Counted from the first letter of the stretch, positions 1 through 8,855 are shown. The stretch: DNA of 32,000 nucleotides from Candidatus Syntropharchaeum caldarium (GCA_001766815.1 LYOS01000003.1:145254-177253), one strand, 5' to 3'. Notes: generated by a model not told the origin, from the letters alone. Made by a program: numbers and translations.

Positions 1-56
1 CCTGCCTTCTGTACCCTTCCTTTGATGATGAGGTGTGCCTGTTCAATACTGTTCAT
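1..56 (-). CDS. 5' end of a gene running off the left edge; the N-terminus resembles acylphosphatase or the HypF N-terminal domain
   Basis: Reverse complement of 1-56 reads ATG AAC AGT ... = MNSIEQAHLIIKGRVQKA. This resembles the acylphosphatase N-terminal pattern AH(L/V)xIxGRVQGVGFR. GAGGGG (rc of 70-75) lies 13 nt upstream. Only 18 codons are visible. Confidence 0.35.
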   Translation of the reverse strand, partial: MNSIEQAHLIIKGRVQKA

Positions 57-142
57 TAGTTATTACTTTCCCCTCACTTCAAATAAAGATTGTGATTGTT
101 ACGCGGTCAGCGAGAGACTTGAATCTAATAATTGTGTTGTGT

Positions 143-175
143 AAAATAAAAAGAAAAATGCCAGGGCTAATAGCC
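143..175 (-). terminator. Oligo-T archaeal terminator downstream of the pilin gene
   Basis: On the minus strand, directly after the pilin stop codon (176-178), there is a short GGCTA/TAGCC hairpin. It is followed by TTTTTCTTTTTATTTT (rc of 143-158). Confidence 0.55.
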
Positions 176-667
176 TCAGCACCTTGCAGAAAGTTCTGCG
201 ATCTTCTTCTGACTTATCTTATCGACAAATGTCACTGTGACTTCATCACCAGCTGCAATCCCACTCAAAGAGCCGCTTTTTGTGCTACTAATATCACTAC
301 CACCATTTAATTTGATAGTATCACCGTCTATATCGATCACCATCTTATCACCCACTGACATATTAGCAGTACTGCTAGCAAGTGGATCCCATGTGGCCCT
401 CGTTCCACCTACATCTACGATCAGTTTCACATCAGTAAGATCAAGGCTGTCTCCGCCATCGTGAACTAACGTCACAGTTTCAGCACCTGTATCTGTATCT
501 GTTATTCTCAGGCTTGCCTGTGGTGCAGCCGTTGGTGGCCCCATCCCGAAGACAAACGCCGCGATGACCGCTGCAAGTATGACCGTGATCGCAACCATGA
601 GAATAACACCGATGACCGGCGAAACCGCCTCCTCATCCTCTCGTATATCTTTTCTAATCACTTTCAT
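176..667 (-). CDS. Archaeal type IV pilin-like protein with a class III signal peptide (archaeal Pilin_N / DUF1628 type)
   Basis: The N-terminus MKVIRKDIREDEEA|VSPVIGVILMVAITVILAAVIAAFVFG matches the archaeal pilin consensus (R/E)AVSPVIGVILMVAITVILAAV. It has a charged leader followed by a hydrophobic helix. The remainder is Thr/Ser/Asp/Gly-rich and beta-type. Confidence 0.85.
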   Translation of the reverse strand: MKVIRKDIREDEEAVSPVIGVILMVAITVILAAVIAAFVFGMGPPTAAPQASLRITDTDTGAETVTLVHDGGDSLDLTDVKLIVDVGGTRATWDPLASSTANMSVGDKMVIDIDGDTIKLNGGSDISSTKSGSLSGIAAGDEVTVTFVDKISQKKIAELSARC

Positions 668-672
668 TCAAT

Positions 673-712
673 TTCACCTCCTTTCATACTTTTACTTATC
701 TGCTTATATAGA
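673..712 (-). promoter_or_regulatory. TATA box plus Shine-Dalgarno site of the pilin gene
   Basis: The minus strand reads TCTATATAAGCAGATAAGTAAAAGTATGAAAGGAGGTGAAATTGA-ATG. TATATAA is the rc of 704-710. GGAGGTG is the rc of 675-681, 7 nt before the ATG at 667. Confidence 0.6.
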
Positions 713-1215
713 TTTCCAAACGAAGATCACCCCTCACAAGTCGGATGATTATCGTCAAGAGGTTCTGGTGTCCGCCAGACCTTTCAGCCTGCCATTCACC
801 TTAGCAACTCTGTTTCTACTTTTCTTCTTACTACTATATAAATCGATCGGATCTTAGCGTTTTATTCTCGGTTTAATCGATTTACCTCTTTCCTTTAAAG
901 ATTTAAACCTTTCAGCCCGATCTTTGAAGATCGTTTGGTCTTGAGTGAAAAATTTTTGATAATTTCTCGATTTTGTAAAATATTTTTACTGTTCCCTGAT
1001 GGAAGAGATCGCTTTGGAGGTTGGATATTTAAAAAATAAGTTCAGAATTACGATATAATATAGGAATGTTCTGATAAAATGGTATCAATTAAATAAAGTT
1101 TTTGTTTTAAATGCTTCCCACCCAATCTCCTCTCTTCGCTCGCCACACCATCTACCTGATAGATAGTCTCGTGATCAAAAGGTTCTTATACCGTTAGATA
1201 ATTATACTGCATTGT

Positions 1216-1638
1216 ATGGAGGTTCGACCTGGATCTATTCTGGCTCTATTTCTTGTGCTACAGTTAGTGGTAATGCCAGTAGCTGCCGCAGGCGAGGATT
1301 GGAAGACGAATTCGATCGATATAGAAAGGATCAATATTGAACTTGGCGAGGAGCATGCAACGGTATCAGTTGACTACCAGATGCACGGGGTCATGCTGCT
1401 TTATGTCTTCATTCTTGGTGGAAAAATGATCGAGCCTGCGCTGAACACACTCATTGTTAATGGCGATAAAGTTGAGATCACATCGATAACAAGAGAACAT
1501 GCAAAGTTCAACGTCACCCTGAACAGTTCAGCATCAACGATCAGGTTCTCACAGCGTGTCCCTCATGTCACGATCAAATACCCGGACCAGAGGCGTTTCA
1601 CCTTCAGCAATACACAGGCAATCCCACTGGTCCTTTGA
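1216..1638 (+). CDS. Hypothetical secreted or membrane-anchored protein (N-terminal signal peptide)
   Basis: 140-aa ORF. The N-terminus MEVRPGSILALFLVLQLVVMPVAAAGEDW is signal-peptide-like. No family was recognised. Confidence 0.5.
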   Translation: MEVRPGSILALFLVLQLVVMPVAAAGEDWKTNSIDIERINIELGEEHATVSVDYQMHGVMLLYVFILGGKMIEPALNTLIVNGDKVEITSITREHAKFNVTLNSSASTIRFSQRVPHVTIKYPDQRRFTFSNTQAIPLVL

Positions 1639-1650
1639 TAACTGAATAAC

Positions 1651-2121
1651 CTATTTCAGCTTTTTTATTAGATTTGCCACACGTTCTCCGAGTCGTTTGC
1701 AGTCGTTGAGAACTGCATCATCAGGTGTTTTGACCGCCACCACACCAAAGTGTCCAATCTTTGGATCTCCCTGTATGATCATCCCGTGAACCAGCATCGG
1801 ATAGAGGATGGACAGGATCGCAGTCTCACTTCCGCCACCGATGATGCCACAGGATGTGAACGCAGCACCAACCTTGCCATCCAGCTTACCATGATACTTA
1901 ACACTCTCATCAAAGAGTGATTTCACAGCTCCTGCCGCGGTTCCATAGTATGTCGGACTTCCGATGATAACACCATCTGCTTCAAGCATATCCTCAGGTG
2001 TTGCATCCTCAATCCGTTTCAAAACCACATCACATCCATTCTCCTCAACACTCTGGGCGATGGTTTCTGCCATCATCTTCGTATTTCCGGTCTTTGAAAA
2101 ATATGCCACAAGTACTCTCAT
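1651..2121 (-). CDS. Flavodoxin-fold FMN protein (WrbA / NAD(P)H-dependent FMN reductase-like)
   Basis: MRVLVAYFSKTGNTKMMAE...VIIGSPTYYG is a flavodoxin FMN-binding signature. The start is reset from 2157 to the ATG at 2121, which follows GGAGGG (rc of about 2129-2134). Confidence 0.8.
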   Translation of the reverse strand: MRVLVAYFSKTGNTKMMAETIAQSVEENGCDVVLKRIEDATPEDMLEADGVIIGSPTYYGTAAGAVKSLFDESVKYHGKLDGKVGAAFTSCGIIGGGSETAILSILYPMLVHGMIIQGDPKIGHFGVVAVKTPDDAVLNDCKRLGERVANLIKKLK

Positions 2122-2153
2122 CTTAAAACCCTCCATATAATCGATGATCAGAA

Positions 2154-2348
2154 TCAACCGCTGTGCGTTGACTCTATAAGTTCGATTGTATCATCTCCTC
2201 CTACAATTGAATCTTCTGGTATGATCCTCCCATCTTTTCTAATAAGATATAGAACAGGGTTGAGTGATAGGCTTCTTAAAAGCTCATCGACCCTCATTGT
2301 GGAGATGTCAACCTTTTTCTGAGATCCATCGGGTAATCTGATGATCAT
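2154..2348 (-). CDS. Small beta-grasp protein, ThiS/MoaD-like, with an atypical C-terminus
   Basis: 64 aa. The pattern ...RKDGRIIPEDSIVGGDDTIELIESTHSG resembles the ThiS/MoaD C-terminal pattern (DGD-x-hydrophobic-E-hydrophobic...GG), but it ends -HSG rather than -GG. Its ATG overlaps the thrC stop as ATGA at 2345-2348. Confidence 0.45.
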   Translation of the reverse strand: MIIRLPDGSQKKVDISTMRVDELLRSLSLNPVLYLIRKDGRIIPEDSIVGGDDTIELIESTHSG

Positions 2349-3568
2349 CGCTCCCTCACAACCCGCATAACTTCCTCGATTCTGGCATCAACCTCAAAAG
2401 GCGCGCCACAGACAGTAATAACTTCCTCAGGATCTTTCAGTAGGTGCCCTGTTGTAACACAGACAACAGACTCATCCCTTTTGATTGCACCATTCTCAAC
2501 GAGCTTTCTCAGGCCCGCGACAGATGCAGCACTTGCTGGCTCAACACCGATTCCTTCAAGCTTTGCAAGATCACGCTGTGCCTGTATGATCTCATCATCG
2601 CTCACGGTATCAGCAAGCCCACCTGAGTCATAGATTGCAGCAAGTGCCTTCACCGCATTCACGGGATCGCCGATCCGAATCGCTGTTGCGATAGTCTCAG
2701 GATTTTTCTCAGGTTCAATATCCTTTTTACCCGCACGGAATGCATCAGCAACCGGGCATGAGCCTTCTGCCTGTATCCCGCACATCTTCGGTACTGTATC
2801 TGTGATCCCGGCCGCTCTAAACTCCACGAAGCCTTTGAAGATCGCTGTGATGTTTCCAGCATTTCCAACAGGCAGAACCAGTCGGTCTGGAACTCTCCAT
2901 CCAAGCTGGTCTGCGATCTCAAAGCCGATCGTTTTCTGCCCCTCGAGCCTGTACGGGTTTATCGAATTTAAGAGATAGAATCGCTCCTTTTCGCACAGGT
3001 CTCGAACGAGTGTGAGAGCGTCATCAAAGTTGCCCCTGATCCCGATCACCTTTGCACCGTGCATCAGAGCCTGTGCAACCTTACCAAGCGCGACCTTTCC
3101 TGCAGGAAGGAGCACAACCGCTGGAATCCCTGCCTTTGCAGCATAGATCGATAGTGCAGCAGATGTGTTGCCCGTGGATGCACAGGCGACAACCTCCATC
3201 CCGAGTTCAAGGGCTTTTGTAACCCCGACCGTCATCCCCCGATCCTTGAACGAGCCCGTTGGGTTCAGACCCTCATGTTTAACATAAAGCTCATCGATTC
3301 CGATACTCGCTGCAAGCCGATCACAGCGGTAGAGTGCTGTTCCACCCTCCTGAATCGAGATCGGCTTTATATCAGCGGGAAAAGGAAGAAGCGATCTGTA
3401 CTTCCAGACCGACTCCTTCACACCCTCGAGGCTTTGTCTTGAGATCTCGATTTTATCAAGATCATATACCACCTCAAGGAGTCCACCACAATGGGGGCAT
3501 GTGTATACGATTCTCTCCAGTTCAATGCTTCTTCCACATGCTATACATCGAAGACCGTAAAACATCAC
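2345..3568 (-). CDS. thrC: Threonine synthase (PLP-dependent) with an N-terminal Zn-ribbon
   Basis: Motifs seen are HEGLNPTGSFKDRGM (PLP lysine motif), NSINPYRLEGQKT, IRIGDP, and the N-terminal CxxC...CPHC ribbon. The start is GTG 3568 or ATG 3565; both overlap the mtd stop. Confidence 0.85.
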   Translation of the reverse strand: MMFYGLRCIACGRSIELERIVYTCPHCGGLLEVVYDLDKIEISRQSLEGVKESVWKYRSLLPFPADIKPISIQEGGTALYRCDRLAASIGIDELYVKHEGLNPTGSFKDRGMTVGVTKALELGMEVVACASTGNTSAALSIYAAKAGIPAVVLLPAGKVALGKVAQALMHGAKVIGIRGNFDDALTLVRDLCEKERFYLLNSINPYRLEGQKTIGFEIADQLGWRVPDRLVLPVGNAGNITAIFKGFVEFRAAGITDTVPKMCGIQAEGSCPVADAFRAGKKDIEPEKNPETIATAIRIGDPVNAVKALAAIYDSGGLADTVSDDEIIQAQRDLAKLEGIGVEPASAASVAGLRKLVENGAIKRDESVVCVTTGHLLKDPEEVITVCGAPFEVDARIEEVMRVVRER

Positions 3569-4383
3569 TTAAGCGGCTCCATGAGACCCTGTTTTGAGAG
3601 GAGTTCGCCAGATTTTGCATGAGGCGCTCTTGATAGTGTGTCCTGCCCCTTCTCAATCTCTCTTGCCTCATCTGCAAGTAGAGCTGCTTCCCTGATAAGC
3701 TCATGGGCTGCTGCTACCATCATCGTGTATGCCTCGGGATCTTTCATCATGAAGCACGCCTTTGAGTCGAGTTCTCCAACCTTCTCAGCCATACTGTAGG
3801 CTGCAATCGCCTTTGCACGGGCGTATGGGTTTGAGAAATTGGCGCGTTCTGTGACGATCTCGGCTGTCGCAATGATCTGAGGAAGTGTAACTTCTTTGCC
3901 TGCCTTGATCTCCTCGATAACACGATCGATCTCTTCCTGCACAAGCCTCGAAGCTCCACATGCAGATAATACCTTCAAAACATCGGTGTTAAAGAGTGCC
4001 ATCTCGGTTGGATCGAGGAACTCCCGCCTTGCACCGATCATCGGATCACCTGGCAGGATGATATAGCCGAAGCCTTTCTCCTTCATTGAATCTACTGCCT
4101 TCTTTGCAGGACCATCTGAGATAACGATACAGGGTTTACCCTCAAACGCCTCCCTGACGATCTTTGGACCTGGAAGTGCAGCGTTCGGGCTTGTTACGAT
4201 GAGAAGATCGGGCTCCCATTTGAGAAAACTCAATACGTCCTGTGCCTCAGGCTTTCCCATCTTTGCACCCGTACCTGCAACTCTTACGTCGATATCCTCG
4301 CGATCTGCCCGCTCATCGAGAAGCAGGTTCACAATCAATGACATTCCGATATTTCCAAGTTTTATGAAACCGACTTTAACCAT
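3565..4383 (-). CDS. mtd: F420-dependent methylenetetrahydromethanopterin dehydrogenase
   Basis: MVKVGFIKLGNIGMS...LLDERADREDIDVRV...GARREFLDPTEMA...NPYA..KA.AA...LADEAREIEK...PHA matches Mtd along its length, by recall of the Methanopyrus and Methanosarcina Mtd sequences. Confidence 0.9.
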   Translation of the reverse strand: MVKVGFIKLGNIGMSLIVNLLLDERADREDIDVRVAGTGAKMGKPEAQDVLSFLKWEPDLLIVTSPNAALPGPKIVREAFEGKPCIVISDGPAKKAVDSMKEKGFGYIILPGDPMIGARREFLDPTEMALFNTDVLKVLSACGASRLVQEEIDRVIEEIKAGKEVTLPQIIATAEIVTERANFSNPYARAKAIAAYSMAEKVGELDSKACFMMKDPEAYTMMVAAAHELIREAALLADEAREIEKGQDTLSRAPHAKSGELLSKQGLMEPLK

Positions 4384-4449
4384 AGAATCACCGATCTGTA
4401 ATCGACTTACATAGATTATAGAGTTTTTGGTATTGCGCGAAACACTCTT

Positions 4450-5274
4450 TCATGCACCTTTGCGTGCTTTTCGTTTCGCCATCAGGTCCTCAATATAATC
4501 ACACTGTGGCCCCCAGTCACAGACGATCGCTCCCTCAGGACATTTGAGTTCACAGATATAGCACCTGTCACAATCCTTTACCCATCTGGGATACGGATCA
4601 AGCACGATCGCATCGACAGGGCAGATCTCGGCACACTTTCCACAGCTCGTACACCTCTCTTCAACGAGATTAAACTCAGGAAACCATTTTTGTATCCCTT
4701 CAAATGTCCACATCTTTGCGGATGAACTTTCTTTATCCCAGAAATCGGTCTTTTCAGGTGTGTTGGGATCTTCTACCTTCTTTATGAGGTTTTCACCAAA
4801 TTTCTCTGCTTCTTCAAGCTCCTCTATAGTAGGATGGCCATCTGAGCTTTCAAGGTGCCCCCCTCGCCTTGAGTACATCTGGTGAACATCATGTCCGATC
4901 CAGCGGTCATAACCATCGATTATCTTTAGCCCTTTCTGATCAAGAATGACCTTCATCTGATAGAGCGTTGAACCAGGGTTACCACCACTTGTGCAGAATA
5001 GAAAAACCCTTAGCCCATCGAGCCGGGGAAACTCATGGAGTAGATCGAGGATGTGATATGGCGGGTGGAAGTAGTAGACAGGAACACCGATGCCAATAAG
5101 ATCATACGCCTTAAAATCGGTGCTTCTTACAATCTCGAGGTCGCGGGAATACTTTGTCAGCTTGATAAGGTCACAGGTGTTTCCGCCAGTTCTCAAACCT
5201 GCTGCGATTTTCTTGGCGATTTTTTCCGTGTTGCCCGTAACACACTGTGAGTAGTAGAGGATGAGACTCTTCAT
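4450..5274 (-). CDS. Flavodoxin-domain / 2x[4Fe-4S] ferredoxin-domain fusion protein
   Basis: The N-terminus MKSLILYYSQ..GNTEKIAKKIA is flavodoxin-like. The C-terminus CTSCGKCAEICP...CDRCYICELKCP gives two CxxCxxCxxxCP cluster motifs. Confidence 0.8.
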   Translation of the reverse strand: MKSLILYYSQCVTGNTEKIAKKIAAGLRTGGNTCDLIKLTKYSRDLEIVRSTDFKAYDLIGIGVPVYYFHPPYHILDLLHEFPRLDGLRVFLFCTSGGNPGSTLYQMKVILDQKGLKIIDGYDRWIGHDVHQMYSRRGGHLESSDGHPTIEELEEAEKFGENLIKKVEDPNTPEKTDFWDKESSSAKMWTFEGIQKWFPEFNLVEERCTSCGKCAEICPVDAIVLDPYPRWVKDCDRCYICELKCPEGAIVCDWGPQCDYIEDLMAKRKARKGA

Positions 5275-5398
5275 GACTGAGCGATGGGTACGGATCAGTA
5301 CTGCACTTATCCGTATTTCATATTTCAGTATGGCGTCTCCGATTCTGCGCGTAGAGTGCTCAAAGGGAAATTGACAAAATAGAGGTTAAGACCCTCTT

Positions 5399-5680
5399 CT
5401 ATTGCGCTTTCATAAAGATCTCAATCGAAGATACGCTGATCATATCCCCTTTGCTACCTTTAAGCTCCTCTGTAGCTATCTCAATCTTGTCGACGACCAC
5501 ATTTGGCATAAATTTATTCCTGACCACCTCGGCGGTATCGACTGCCCTTGAGATTGCACGCCCACGCGCCTTTACCACAACTTCATCACTACCATCATTG
5601 AACTGCGTTACCACTGCAAGCACATAACTCATCACTGGCTTGTTGCCCACATATATTACATTGTCTTCTGCCATTTTCAT
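5399..5680 (-). CDS. albA: Archaeal chromatin / RNA-binding protein Alba
   Basis: [21 protein letters not shown]...[24 protein letters not shown] is the Alba signature. The size is about 91-93 aa. The start is ATG 5680 or 5674. Confidence 0.9.
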   Translation of the reverse strand: MKMAEDNVIYVGNKPVMSYVLAVVTQFNDGSDEVVVKARGRAISRAVDTAEVVRNKFMPNVVVDKIEIATEELKGSKGDMISVSSIEIFMKAQ

Positions 5681-5731
5681 CGTACTCCTGTAGAGTGTTT
5701 ATGTAGAGATAATTATCTTGATAGGATCGTA

Positions 5732-6973
5732 TTATTTAAATTTATCTTTTTTTACCACACAAACCATCTCACCCTCCTCAATGATCTCAACTTCTTCCTC
5801 AATCGCAATATAACCATCAAGATCGATCAGTGTTTTTATCGCGCCCGACCCACCGGCAACAGGCAGGGCGCGAAGACTTCCATCAACATTTTCAAGCTTA
5901 ACGGGCATAAACTCATACCTGCCCCTGGCAGAATATATCCTCTTTCCTGCCTCTGCAATCACCTTCTCCTCTTTCTGAGGTTTGATACCCACCATATCTC
6001 GTATTACAGGCTCAATCAATCTTTCAAATGTTATCATCGCAGATACAGGATATCCAGGAAGCCCAAATAGAGAAATACCATCACAGACGCCAAATATGAA
6101 TGGTTTTCCAGGTTTTATCATAACACCATGGATCAGAAGCTCGCCGAGATCCTCAACAACCCTGTATAGCATATCTCCCCTGCCAGCCGACGTCCCTCCA
6201 GAGAGGATGATTATATCAAACTCTTCGGTGATCGCGTCACGTACCGCCTGGAGAAGTTCGGAATATCTATCCTGCACCCGTCCCTTGAAGACAGCATCTG
6301 CGCCAAGATCGAGGAGTCTGGTCATGATCATGTAAGTATTCGCATCAAAGATCTTGCCTGGTCCAAGTATTTTCCCTGGAAGTTCAAGTTCATCCCCGGT
6401 AGAGATTACAGCAACGCGGGGCTTTCGCACCACTTTTATCCGATCCAGACCAACTGCTGCGATGGCGCCAATCTCGCGTGAAGCGATCACCTTGCCTTTT
6501 GGAAAGAGAAGTTCTCCCTTTCTGATATCACTCCCTCTCGCCTGGATATTTTCGCCTGGCGCAACAGACCCATAGATCGTGACAATATCGTCCCCGCCCT
6601 TTTCGGTCTGTTCAACCATTATCACAGCATCTGCGCCTTCTGGGATGGGTGCGCCTGTTGCAATCTCAACAGCCTCACCAGATGTTATCGCGGTCGCTTC
6701 TGCATCCCCTGCTCGCAGAGATCCTGTAACCTTCAGCGTTACACCCTCTTCTTCAGAGGCTCTGAACGTATCGGCTGCCATAACCGCATACCCATCCATC
6801 AGCGCACGGTCGAATGGTGGCAGGTCAATCGGTGCATAAAGATTTTCGTATAAAATCTTGGAAGAGGCATCCATGAGAGGGGTGACCTCAAAACCCTCAA
6901 GCATCGGGACGTTGGCTTTAATGATCGCTTCTGCTTCCTGGATCGAAACCAAACGCAGAAAACCTTCTCCCAT
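5732..6973 (-). CDS. moeA: Molybdopterin molybdotransferase MoeA (paralog 2)
   Basis: Motifs seen are PPFDRALMDGYAV, ...ISTGDEL..., ...ILSGGTSAGRGD... and ...KPGKP...GLPGYPVS. The start is reset to ATG 6973 because the track start 6979 is TTG. GGTGGAGG lies upstream. Confidence 0.85.
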   Translation of the reverse strand: MGEGFLRLVSIQEAEAIIKANVPMLEGFEVTPLMDASSKILYENLYAPIDLPPFDRALMDGYAVMAADTFRASEEEGVTLKVTGSLRAGDAEATAITSGEAVEIATGAPIPEGADAVIMVEQTEKGGDDIVTIYGSVAPGENIQARGSDIRKGELLFPKGKVIASREIGAIAAVGLDRIKVVRKPRVAVISTGDELELPGKILGPGKIFDANTYMIMTRLLDLGADAVFKGRVQDRYSELLQAVRDAITEEFDIIILSGGTSAGRGDMLYRVVEDLGELLIHGVMIKPGKPFIFGVCDGISLFGLPGYPVSAMITFERLIEPVIRDMVGIKPQKEEKVIAEAGKRIYSARGRYEFMPVKLENVDGSLRALPVAGGSGAIKTLIDLDGYIAIEEEVEIIEEGEMVCVVKKDKFK

Positions 6974-6975
6974 AT

Positions 6976-8187
6976 TCAAACCTCCACCACTGGATAACAG
7001 TATGCCTCAACCATACTACCAGCATCGATACCCTCAAGCGGTTCATCCACCAGAATAAATCCATCTGCTACACTCATTCTACCGATCGAACCCGATCCAC
7101 CTGTACCAAGTGGTTCAAGGGCGATCTTTCCCTCTTTATTCTGTATCTTTACCCGCACAAAATCAAGCCTCCCAACCTGCGAAGGTATCTTTCGAAGAAG
7201 TTCTGCACGGATCACCTTATACGGCATCATCCCTGCATCCAATCCCTGCATAATATTAAGTGCAGGGCGCACAAATAGTTCAAATGCAACGATGGCAGCA
7301 ACAGGATAACCAGGTAGGATGAATACGGGCGTTTGATCGAGAAAACCAAAACCCACGGGTCCACCAGGCTTCACAGAAACACCATGAAACAGAAGCTCGC
7401 CAAGTTGATCAATAATTGCCGCAAGATAGTCTTTATCACCGACAGAGCTTCCACCACTTACAAGAATCAGATCAAAGCCAGAAACAGACCTTATCGCACG
7501 TTTGAGGGTTTCGAACTCATCCTTAACAATACCACATCGCACAGGTTTTCCGCCTGCATCGGCGACGAGGGATGCAAGCGTGAAGCTGTTGATATCAGCA
7601 ACCTTTCCAGCACGCCTGCCTGCATCATCGAGTTCTTCAGGATCAACGATTTCATCACCTGTTGAGATGATCGCAACCACAGGAGACCTCAGGACAGGGA
7701 CTGAGGTGACACCAGCTGCAGCGAGCGTTCCCAGATCATGCGGGAGCAATCGTCTACCCTTACCAAGAATTAAACTTCCTGCCCTGATATCCTCACCCCT
7801 CGATGCCACATTCTTTCCTGGAACAACTGCCCGTGAAATCTCGATAATGCCCTCGCCAGCCTCTCTTGTATACTCCATCATCACAACAGCATCAAACCCC
7901 TCAGGTACAGGCTTTCCCGTCATGATACGCACTGCCTCAGACCCTTCTCGCAGTCTGATCGGATTTTCAGGGGTTGCATAGAAGGTGGAGCTTGCGATAA
8001 CCGCATAGCCATCCATTGCAGCTCTATCAAATGGCGGATGATCGCAACAAGCATGAATGTCGGCTGCAAGTACTCTTCCTGATGCATCAGAGAACTTTAT
8101 TAGTTCAGAGTTGAGTGGATGGATCGACGAGTGTACCATTGCGATCGCACGACTGGCTGTGATCTTTCGCTGGAACATCGCAGTCAT
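6976..8187 (-). CDS. moeA: Molybdopterin molybdotransferase MoeA (paralog 1)
   Basis: Motifs seen are PPFDRAAMDGYAV, ISTGDEI, VSGGSSVGDKD and KPGGP...LPGYPVA. It lies in tandem with the second moeA; the stop and next start are 2 nt apart. Confidence 0.85.
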   Translation of the reverse strand: MTAMFQRKITASRAIAMVHSSIHPLNSELIKFSDASGRVLAADIHACCDHPPFDRAAMDGYAVIASSTFYATPENPIRLREGSEAVRIMTGKPVPEGFDAVVMMEYTREAGEGIIEISRAVVPGKNVASRGEDIRAGSLILGKGRRLLPHDLGTLAAAGVTSVPVLRSPVVAIISTGDEIVDPEELDDAGRRAGKVADINSFTLASLVADAGGKPVRCGIVKDEFETLKRAIRSVSGFDLILVSGGSSVGDKDYLAAIIDQLGELLFHGVSVKPGGPVGFGFLDQTPVFILPGYPVAAIVAFELFVRPALNIMQGLDAGMMPYKVIRAELLRKIPSQVGRLDFVRVKIQNKEGKIALEPLGTGGSGSIGRMSVADGFILVDEPLEGIDAGSMVEAYCYPVVEV

Positions 8188-8204
8188 ATCACGCTTGAGG
8201 CGAC

Positions 8205-8822
8205 TTAAAGTTTCGCATGATGACCTGCCGCGACAATGATATCCTCGGGACTGTTGATATTTGAGAATGTCAAAAGTGATGGGTCAAGGCGCTTAATCTC
8301 ATCAATACGCACATATCTCACGTCGAGCCGATTTATAAATTCAAAGAGTTTTTTCTCACCATGACTGATACAGAGGTCTGTTGCAGTTAGCGTAGAATCC
8401 CGCCTGTAAACGCTGTGGAGGCTTTCTATATCCCCATTCTCCCAAATCGGAACAACAGCATCATAATCCTCGATCAACATAAATAATTGCTTGATAACAT
8501 CTGTCTTCAGGTTTGGCATGTCACAGCCGGTTAGAAAAACAACCTCTGAAGTAAGAGCCTTCATTGCAGCATTTATACCTGCTATAGGACCATATCCCTC
8601 GACTTCATCAACTACAATCCTGATATTTTTTCCCTCAATGATTTTATCGAGTTTTTTCGCCTGTTTATAGGATCGGAGTGATATGAGAATCTCTTCAACC
8701 AGATCGTAGAGGGCATCTATTACATGCGCGAGGAGCGGCTTTCCATTGAGCTGAATCAGTGATTTATCTCTAAAACCGAACCTTGAACCTCTTCCACCTG
8801 CAAGTATTACCGCCGCGCGCAT
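8205..8822 (-). CDS. mobA: Molybdenum cofactor guanylyltransferase MobA
   Basis: MRAAVILAGGRGSRFG...K.L..L.GKPLL.H is the nucleotidyltransferase P-loop typical of MobA. The start is reset to ATG 8822, preceded by AGGAGTGA; the track start 8831 is GTG. Confidence 0.8.
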   Translation of the reverse strand: MRAAVILAGGRGSRFGFRDKSLIQLNGKPLLAHVIDALYDLVEEILISLRSYKQAKKLDKIIEGKNIRIVVDEVEGYGPIAGINAAMKALTSEVVFLTGCDMPNLKTDVIKQLFMLIEDYDAVVPIWENGDIESLHSVYRRDSTLTATDLCISHGEKKLFEFINRLDVRYVRIDEIKRLDPSLLTFSNINSPEDIIVAAGHHAKL

Positions 8823-8855
8823 TAACTTCACTCCTGCAAAAAATAGATGTATGAA

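Noticed and set aside
2345-3568. ThrC-like gene as cysteate synthase, the ThrC-derived coenzyme M biosynthesis enzyme of Methanosarcinales
   Set aside because: The idea is attractive in a CoM-dependent organism. However, the protein carries the standard threonine synthase blocks (HEGLNPTGSFKDRGM, NSINPYRLEGQKT, IRIGDP) and does not resemble what I recall of the diverged cysteate synthase sequence. It is kept as thrC pending phylogeny.
5283-5312. 7-bp inverted repeat TACGGAT...ATCCGTA between alba and the flavodoxin/ferredoxin gene
   Set aside because: The stem is short and the loop is 13 nt in an ordinary intergenic spacer. It is plausible as part of a terminator or 5' UTR but is not distinctive enough to call.
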